Below are positions 1 to 4,646 of a stretch of 6,085 nt of DNA, one piece after another (position 1 is the stretch's first letter; each line of letters begins with the position of its first letter). This DNA is from a virus. Under the pieces are notes generated by a model. The model made no database searches, was not told where the DNA came from, and was given only the letters and a program-made list of their open reading frames with translations. A program made the position numbers and the translations under genes. The stretch is from positions 1 to 6,085 of the IMG/VR virus record IMGVR_UViG_3300022758_000031; one strand, given 5' to 3'.

Positions 1-127
1 TATTTTATCACATTAACAATTGACGACAAATCATATAGCGAATTATCAAACACATATAATATTACAGATAACAACGAAATAGCAACAAAAGCAATTAGAT
101 TATGTTTAGAAAGAATCAGAAAACAAA
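1..127. repeat. Terminal redundancy (left copy) marking circular closure
   Basis: Checked base by base: identical to 5959-6085. Confidence 0.97.
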
Positions 128-801
128 CAAGTAAATCTATTAAACACTGGTTTATAACAGAATTAGGACACCAAAAAACAGAAAGATTGCATCTACACGG
201 AATAGTTTGGGGTATTGGAACTGACAAACTAATTACAGACAAATGGAATTACGGAATAACATTCACAGGTTTTTTCGTAAATGAAAAAACAATACAATAT
301 ATAACCAAATATATGACCAAAATCGATGAACAACACAAAGATTTCATAGGGAAAGTACTATGCTCCAAAGGAATAGGAAAAGGTTATACAGAGCGTACAG
401 ACGCAAACAAACATAAATATAAAAAAGGAGAAACAATAGAAACTTACAGATTAAGAAACGGAGCAAAAATAAATCTACCTGTGTATTATAGAAATCAATT
501 ATTTTCAGAGAAAGAAAGAGAACAATTATTTATTGACAAAATAGAAAAAGGAATCATTTATATATTAGGACAACCTGTACATAGGGATAACGAAAAATAT
601 TATCTACAAATATTAGAAGAAGGAAGAAAAACAGAGCGTAAACTATATGGATATAATTTACAAAATTGGGAACAGCAAAAATACTTATCAAGATTAAGGA
701 GACAAAAGAAAAAACAAGATAAAGAATTACAACAATTAGAAACATATTGGGCAATAAATCGTGCAAAAAAATATACATCATTAGATGAATGTCCATTTTA
801 A
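1..801 (+). CDS. VP4: Replication initiation protein (VP4-like), C-terminal part; the full protein is 332 aa on the circular map (5761 -> wrap -> 801)
   Basis: Frame 1 is open from base 1 (YFITLTIDD...). Motif 1 FITLTID is at 4-24, the HUH motif H-L-H at 190-198, and the paired catalytic tyrosines YITKYMTK at 298-321 (compare phiX174 A YVAKYVNK). Stop TAA at 799-801. The track's start at 187 is an internal TTG, not the real start. Confidence 0.93.
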   Translation, partial: YFITLTIDDKSYSELSNTYNITDNNEIATKAIRLCLERIRKQTSKSIKHWFITELGHQKTERLHLHGIVWGIGTDKLITDKWNYGITFTGFFVNEKTIQYITKYMTKIDEQHKDFIGKVLCSKGIGKGYTERTDANKHKYKKGETIETYRLRNGAKINLPVYYRNQLFSEKEREQLFIDKIEKGIIYILGQPVHRDNEKYYLQILEEGRKTERKLYGYNLQNWEQQKYLSRLRRQKKKQDKELQQLETYWAINRAKKYTSLDECPF

Positions 802-810
802 TAATTATAT

Positions 811-842
811 TTTGGGCGACCAGGCGGGCTATCCGGCCCAAA
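811..842 (+). repeat. Inverted repeat / hairpin just after the Rep stop
   Basis: TTTGGGC (811-817) pairs with GCCCAAA (836-842), a 7-bp stem with an 18-nt G/C-rich loop. No downstream T-run, so it is not a canonical intrinsic terminator. Confidence 0.6.
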
Positions 843-888
843 CATATCTCCGCTATGCTCCGATACTCGCCTACTATCCCTGTCGCAC

Positions 889-910
889 GCAACAAAGTTG
901 CTATTAATTT
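889..910 (+). promoter_or_regulatory. Candidate plus-strand origin / Rep nick site (phiX174 ori-core-like motif on a small hairpin)
   Basis: Hairpin GCAAC-AAA-GTTGC (889-901) is followed by TATTAATTT. Window 898-908 TTGCTATTAAT matches the phiX174 origin core TTGATATTAAT, which is nicked after the G, at 10 of 11 positions. Confidence 0.4.
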
Positions 911-995
911 GCGCTCCGCGCAGGTTTTAGGGGTATATAGGGAGGGATAGACAGCGATAAATTAAAGGACAGAATCCTTAAGGAACAGTTTTATA

Positions 996-1036
996 TAAGG
1001 GCGTGCACCCGGCAAAAGCCGTGGTGTGCGCCTTTA
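996..1036 (+). repeat. Long imperfect hairpin specific to the + strand
   Basis: Outer stem pairs 996-1009 with 1023-1036; inner stem pairs CGGC (1010-1013) with GCCG (1018-1021) around an AAAA loop. That gives 18 pairs with a single bulge (T1022). Three pairs are G-T/U wobbles (999-1033, 1004-1028, 1005-1027), which would be A-C mismatches on the - strand. Confidence 0.7.
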
Positions 1037-1046
1037 GCGATATCAA

Positions 1047-1088
1047 GGTGCTAGACGCTAAGGAGGGCTACGCGCCCTCTATTGCACC
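1047..1088 (+). repeat. Nested helix domain
   Basis: GGTGC (1047-1051) pairs with GCACC (1084-1088) and encloses the hairpin GAGGGC (1063-1068) / GCCCTC (1074-1079), which has a 5-nt loop. AGCG (1036-1039) can pair with CGCT (1094-1097) as an outer closing stem. Confidence 0.55.
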
Positions 1089-1102
1089 ATCAGCGCTCAA
1101 AC

Positions 1103-1145
1103 GGCGCGCATCCTTACTATGCAGTGTGTTAAATAAATGTTAAAG
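1103..1145 (+). promoter_or_regulatory. dif-like bipartite motif with tandem TGTTAAA half-sites (candidate Xer-type recombination site)
   Basis: GGCGCGCATCC (1103-1113) matches the E. coli dif XerC arm GGTGCGCATAA at 8/11. GTGTGTTAAAT (1124-1134) matches the XerD arm TTATGTTAAAT at 9/11. Order and orientation are the same as dif, but the spacer is 10 nt instead of 6. TGTTAAA recurs at 1138-1144, 11 nt after the first copy. Confidence 0.3.
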
Positions 1146-1157
1146 GTAACAAGAAAA

Positions 1158-1188
1158 TTTGCAGAATCAAAAAAAACACGCATATTTG
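1158..1188 (+). promoter_or_regulatory. Candidate Bacteroidetes-type promoter (-33 TTTG / -7 TAnnTTTG) for the small-ORF to VP1 operon
   Basis: TTTG at 1158-1161 and cAtaTTTG at 1181-1188 (7/8 to TAnnTTTG) are separated by 19 nt, about 29 nt upstream of the first ATG (1217). Confidence 0.4.
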
Positions 1189-1205
1189 TAGTGTAATAAA
1201 AAACT

Positions 1206-1211
1206 AGGAGG
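1206..1211 (+). promoter_or_regulatory. Shine-Dalgarno site for the 48-aa ORF
   Basis: AGGAGG lies 5 nt upstream of the ATG at 1217. Confidence 0.7.
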
Positions 1212-1216
1212 TAAAT

Positions 1217-1363
1217 ATGTTAATAACAAGAACAAAAGTGCGTGGATTCAAAGCAGTAACCAACAAAAATATACCAGCACGTATCGCAACAAGACACTAC
1301 TTCGCATATCAAGAAGTAGAAGGAAGAGAATTAAAAATAATAACAACAAAAAAAACTTTTTAA
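1217..1363 (+). CDS. Small, highly basic hypothetical protein (48 aa); possible J/VP8-like DNA-binding packaging protein
   Basis: Not in the ORF track. Hand translation: MLITRTKVRGFKAVTNKNIPARIATRHYFAYQEVEGRELKIITTKKTF, stop TAA at 1361-1363. It has a perfect AGGAGG RBS, 11 K/R against 3 D/E, and its stop lies 2 nt before the next ATG. Confidence 0.65.
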   Translation: MLITRTKVRGFKAVTNKNIPARIATRHYFAYQEVEGRELKIITTKKTF

Positions 1364-1365
1364 TT

Positions 1366-1587
1366 ATGGCAGCAACAAAATTTACAGCAATCTACGTAAA
1401 CAACGAAGGTAAAATCATCGAAAGAGAAATTCCAGGTATGAACACTTACAAAATAGCAGAAAAATTTGCTATAATATTAAACGAACCGGAAGAAACAAAA
1501 TTAGTAGGAGTAATAGAAACATGGAAAATGTATCCTAATAATTATGAAAAAACCAAAAAAGAAAACAATTTGGGTAGTGAAAAATAA
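1366..1587 (+). CDS. Hypothetical protein (73 aa)
   Basis: ATG lies 2 nt after the preceding stop. ORF on the phage coding strand. No family recognised. Confidence 0.6.
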   Translation: MAATKFTAIYVNNEGKIIEREIPGMNTYKIAEKFAIILNEPEETKLVGVIETWKMYPNNYEKTKKENNLGSEK

Positions 1588-1798
1588 AACATTTACTACA
1601 TTTAAGGCGTTCAAAACATATGCCTGGTTTAATATGATACCGGGAGAATGTACAAACGGGTTCGAAATATTCGAAGATACGGTAATTAAAGAATACAATT
1701 TAAATAGAAAAGAAAGGAGGTTAATAATAGAAAAAATTTATGACGAAGAAGAAGAAAAAATCAAAAAAATTAATATTCAACAACTTAAATTATTTTAA
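1544..1798 (+). CDS. Hypothetical protein (84 aa if it starts at 1544; start uncertain, alternative ATG at 1634)
   Basis: + strand ORF that overlaps the previous ORF by 44 nt in another frame. Lys-rich N-terminus (MKKPKKK) and acidic C-terminal half (DEEEEK). Its stop lies 1 nt before the next ATG. Confidence 0.5.
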   Translation: MKKPKKKTIWVVKNKTFTTFKAFKTYAWFNMIPGECTNGFEIFEDTVIKEYNLNRKERRLIIEKIYDEEEEKIKKINIQQLKLF

Positions 1799-1799
1799 A

Positions 1800-2003
1800 A
1801 TGAAAGTTACAGGTAATCAATGGATAGAAATTATCCGGGCAATCTCAACGGCAATTATAGCAGTAATCACAACGTTATATGTGCAAAGTTGTACAATGAG
1901 TTTGAGCGTAGCAAAAAACAACAACAACGCTAGTCAAAAAACCGAACAAACGTCAACTTCAAGTATTGACAGTACAAAAATTAGTATTAATCCTAAAATG
2001 TAA
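1800..2003 (+). CDS. Small membrane / lipoprotein-like protein (67 aa); candidate lysis or exclusion factor
   Basis: ATG at 1800 lies 1 nt after the upstream stop; the track's longer version starts at 1740 in the same frame. Sequence MKVTGNQWIEIIRAISTAIIAVITTLYVQSC... has a single hydrophobic helix ending in Cys31 (TGT 1890-1892), then a polar N/S/T/Q-rich tail. Confidence 0.6.
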   Translation: MKVTGNQWIEIIRAISTAIIAVITTLYVQSCTMSLSVAKNNNNASQKTEQTSTSSIDSTKISINPKM

Positions 2004-2009
2004 AAAATT

Positions 2010-2255
2010 ATGGCTAATCTTAAAGAAGCATTCGTAATCCGGCCAGCGGATACAGAAGAAAAAGAGTATATAATTACCATTGGTAACCATCTGGCAACAG
2101 AAGAAAAATTTAAATCAAGAGCAGCCGCTCAAAGAGAAATCAACAAAACAAACTGGAATCTGGTAAGTGCACTAGTATACGCACTTAAGGAAGCAGACCA
2201 GTGGGCGGAAAAAAACAAAGAATTATTAAACGAAAATAAAGAAACGGAGGAATAA
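2010..2255 (+). CDS. Hypothetical protein (81 aa), mildly acidic, immediately upstream of the capsid gene
   Basis: ATG lies 6 nt after the previous stop, and its own stop lies 1 nt before the VP1 ATG. By my count 16 D/E against 12 K/R. No family recognised. Confidence 0.6.
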   Translation: MANLKEAFVIRPADTEEKEYIITIGNHLATEEKFKSRAAAQREINKTNWNLVSALVYALKEADQWAEKNKELLNENKETEE

Positions 2256-2256
2256 T

Positions 2257-4215
2257 ATGAGTATTCAAAAAAACATTGGTAAAAATACCATAGGCGATAA
2301 TAAAAAAATGGAGGTAGACTTGAGAACCTATAACAGGTCAACTCATAACCTATCTACAATTGTAAGAAATACACAATCAGCCGGAACATTAGTGCCAACA
2401 TTGACACTAATAATGCAAAAAGATGACACATTTGAAATCAACATTGAATCAAGCGTATTAACACATCCGACAACCGGACCGTTATACGGATCGTTCAAAT
2501 TAGAAAATCACTTATTTTTCATACCATTCAGACTTTACAACAGTTGGCTACACAACAACAGGATAGGCATAGGCTTAAATATGAGCCAAATCAAATTACC
2601 ACAATTAAAAGTAAATCTAAAAAAATTTATGGACCAACCGGGTGAAGATAATCTACAATGGTCACAAGTAAACCCTAGTTGCCTATTATCATACCTAGGT
2701 ATTAAGGGTTACGGAGGTTTTAAAACAGGCGTAACAACAACAGTTGCAAGTAAAAATGCAGTAAAATTACTAGGATATTGGGATATATTCAAAAATTACT
2801 ATGCTAACAAACAAGAAAAAATAGCATATTTTATCGGAAGCAATGACCCAATAGAAGCAACTATTAACACAACTCCAGTAATAAACCCGAACAATATTAA
2901 TCAAGCGGAAGGTACAGTAAAAGTTAACGCGACAATTAAAATCAATGACCCAAGCAAAATTTATACAGAAAATAATGTAAAATTATGGATAACACAAAAA
3001 ATTGGACATTCACCGGTACAAATGACAGCGGGGGAAATAGGCTCAACAAATTGGGCAGAGAATAAATTTACCATAACACTAGACAGTATACCAACGGGGG
3101 AAACGTGGTGGATACGTTCAATACAATCAACAGAACAACAAGCACTAACAACATTCAGCCTAGACGAAATAGACAAAATGAGAGACGAAATACTAGCAAC
3201 AGCGGGAAACGTAACATACGAGCTAGCAGGAAATGAAAGCGAAGAAATAACTATGAAAAAAATGTTCGGTGAAAGAGGAATAAACCAAAAATTAAAAAGC
3301 ACAAGACCTCAATACGGACTACTATTAAGAACCTACAACAGCGACCTATACCAAAATTGGATAAACACCGAATGGATAGAAGGCGCAAACGGAATCAATG
3401 AAATATCATCCGTAGACGTAACAGATGGTAAACTATCAATAGACGCTCTAAATTTAGCGCAAAAAGTTTACAATATGTTAAATAGAATTGCAGTAAGCGG
3501 AGGAACATACAGGGACTGGCTAGAAACGGTATACGCAAGCGGAAAATACCTAGAGAGATGCGAAACACCTACATTCGAAGGAGGAACAAGTCAAGAAATT
3601 GTATTTCAAGAAGTAGTCAGTAACTCAGCGACAGAAGACGAACCGCTAGGAACGTTAGCAGGAAGAGGCATAAACGCTGGCAAACAAAAAGGCGGAAAAA
3701 TCAAAATCAGAGCAACAGAACCGGGCTACATAATGTCAATAACAAGCATTACACCTAGAATCGATTACAGCCAAGGAAATGATTTTGATACAGATTGGGA
3801 AACAATCGATGATATGCACAAACCAGCACTAGACGGTATAGGATACCAAGACAGCGTAAATACAGGGCGAGCATGGTGGGATGATACATACATAAATTCA
3901 GTAGGTACACTCCAAAAACATGCAGCAGGAAAAACAGTAGCCTGGATAGATTACATGACAAATGTAAATAGAACATACGGAAACTTTGCATCCGGCATGA
4001 GCGAGGCATTTATGGTGCTAAACAGAAACTACCAAATGAAAATAGGAACAGACGGAAATACACTGATAGATGATTTAACAACATACATCGACCCAGTAAA
4101 ATATAATTATATTTTCGCTGATACAAGTATCGACGCAATGAATTTCTGGGTGCAAATTAAATATGACATCACAGCGAGAAGATTAATGAGTGCAAAACAA
4201 ATTCCAAATTTATAA
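2257..4215 (+). CDS. VP1: Major capsid protein (Microviridae VP1 / F-like), 652 aa
   Basis: Largest ORF, with GGAGG 6 nt upstream. Block ...NRSTHNLSTIVRNTQSAGTLVPTLT...DTFEINIESSVLTHPTTGPLYGSFKLENHLFFIPFRLYN... matches the conserved N-terminal pattern of microvirus F/VP1 jelly-roll proteins as I recall it. Confidence 0.95.
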   Translation: MSIQKNIGKNTIGDNKKMEVDLRTYNRSTHNLSTIVRNTQSAGTLVPTLTLIMQKDDTFEINIESSVLTHPTTGPLYGSFKLENHLFFIPFRLYNSWLHNNRIGIGLNMSQIKLPQLKVNLKKFMDQPGEDNLQWSQVNPSCLLSYLGIKGYGGFKTGVTTTVASKNAVKLLGYWDIFKNYYANKQEKIAYFIGSNDPIEATINTTPVINPNNINQAEGTVKVNATIKINDPSKIYTENNVKLWITQKIGHSPVQMTAGEIGSTNWAENKFTITLDSIPTGETWWIRSIQSTEQQALTTFSLDEIDKMRDEILATAGNVTYELAGNESEEITMKKMFGERGINQKLKSTRPQYGLLLRTYNSDLYQNWINTEWIEGANGINEISSVDVTDGKLSIDALNLAQKVYNMLNRIAVSGGTYRDWLETVYASGKYLERCETPTFEGGTSQEIVFQEVVSNSATEDEPLGTLAGRGINAGKQKGGKIKIRATEPGYIMSITSITPRIDYSQGNDFDTDWETIDDMHKPALDGIGYQDSVNTGRAWWDDTYINSVGTLQKHAAGKTVAWIDYMTNVNRTYGNFASGMSEAFMVLNRNYQMKIGTDGNTLIDDLTTYIDPVKYNYIFADTSIDAMNFWVQIKYDITARRLMSAKQIPNL

Positions 4216-4218
4216 ACC

Positions 4219-4527
4219 ATGAAATACGGAAAAATAAAAACAACATCAGGAAGGTTACAAAGCGTAGAAATCTACGAAGGAGAAACCATAGAACAAAAAG
4301 TAAACAGAATCGTGAACAATAACGAACCGATTACAGACGGTGCGCCAATTATATTCACAGAGCGTAAAGATGGAGTATTACCAGAATATGACATACGTAC
4401 AGACAGATGGGACATCGCCATTACAGCAATGGATAAAGTAAATACTGATAGAATCGCGAGACGTGAAAATAAAGTAGACGTAAAAGACGTGCCAGAAAAA
4501 AAAGACGGATCACCAAGCGAAAACTAA
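4219..4527 (+). CDS. Hypothetical protein (102 aa); possibly an internal scaffolding (VP3-like) protein
   Basis: ATG lies 3 nt after the VP1 stop, on the coding strand. The scaffold idea rests only on position and a loose resemblance of PEYDIRTDRWDIAITAMD to gokushovirus VP3 motifs. Confidence 0.7.
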   Translation: MKYGKIKTTSGRLQSVEIYEGETIEQKVNRIVNNNEPITDGAPIIFTERKDGVLPEYDIRTDRWDIAITAMDKVNTDRIARRENKVDVKDVPEKKDGSPSEN

Positions 4528-4646
4528 TAGGCAAAGCCTAGTCACTGTACGCGAAACGCTACATGACTTTTGTAAAAAGTAATGTATGTCAGTACGCGTA
4601 CAGTATATTATATCAAGTATATAGTAAGACGCTTTTAAAAAAAGCG
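4528..4646 (+). repeat. Second noncoding region with nested and competing inverted repeats
   Basis: TAGGC-AAA-GCCTA (4528-4540). ACTGTACGCG (4544-4553) is the exact reverse complement of CGCGTACAGT (4595-4604). Palindrome GTACGCGTAC (4592-4601). Hairpin CGCTTTT (4630-4636) / AAAAGCG (4640-4646). Confidence 0.7.

Larger units (their letters stand above)
811..1125 (+). other. GC-rich, hairpin-dense noncoding island (candidate replication origin, structured RNA or attP region)
   Basis: Manual count gives 166 G+C in 811-1130 (about 52%), against about 33% in sampled coding lines. No ORF here has a ribosome-binding site. Hairpins seen at 811-842, 889-901, 911-921, 965-979, 996-1036 and 1063-1079 (the last nested inside 1047-1088). 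Confidence 0.7.

Noticed and set aside
1-127. Terminal direct repeat as a biological feature (DTR, LTR or transposon end)
   Set aside because: It lies wholly inside the Rep coding sequence and keeps the frame continuous. That is the expected artefact of linearising a circular contig.
187-801. ORF-track start at 187 (TTG), which could suggest a shorter Rep or a phiX174 A*-like internal product
   Set aside because: The frame is open from base 1 and continues from the ATG at 5761 across the circular junction. Codon 187 is the Leu of the ERLHLHG HUH motif. There is no RBS and no evidence for an internal start.
811-842. Hairpin after the Rep stop, and hairpin 4630-4646, considered as intrinsic terminators
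   Set aside because: Neither stem is followed by a T-run on the + strand; the downstream sequences are AAACATATC and CGAAAAATG. They are kept only as structural elements.
554-895. 113-aa minus-strand ORF, plus the other minus-strand ORFs in the track (1501..1698, 2129..2341, 2961..3302, 3755..4009, 4725..4946, 5446..5631, 5832..6032)
   Set aside because: All are antisense to strong + strand genes. Their translations are low-complexity and rich in Leu/Ile/Phe/Ser, as expected from reading an A-rich coding strand backwards. None has a ribosome-binding site. Microviridae transcribe one strand only.
855-950. 31-aa + strand ORF (MLRYSPTIPVARNKVAINLRSAQVLGVYREG) inside the GC-rich island
   Set aside because: It has no ribosome-binding site, is short, and lies across predicted stems. 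It is most likely a chance ORF in non-A-rich sequence.
811-1125. Known small self-cleaving ribozyme or riboswitch in the GC-rich island
   Set aside because: I could not find the hammerhead core (CUGAUGA ... GAAA) or any other signature I can recognise by eye. This cannot be excluded without covariance-model searches (Rfam/Infernal).
1658-1676. GGGTTCGAAATATTCGAAG, which resembles a tRNA T-loop (GGTTCGAA) and contains a duplicated TTCGAA palindrome
   Set aside because: There is no complementary T-stem, no acceptor or anticodon arms around it, and it lies in frame within a coding ORF. I found no tRNA or rRNA anywhere in the window.
1740-1799. Longer version of the membrane-protein ORF starting at ATG 1740 (MTKKKKKSKKLIFNNLNYFK...)
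   Set aside because: The extension is translated from an A-run that is also the acidic/lysine C-terminus of the upstream ORF. The AGGAGG at 1716-1721 lies 18 nt away, too far to serve it. ATG 1800 sits 1 nt after the upstream stop, like the other junctions. The longer form is not excluded.
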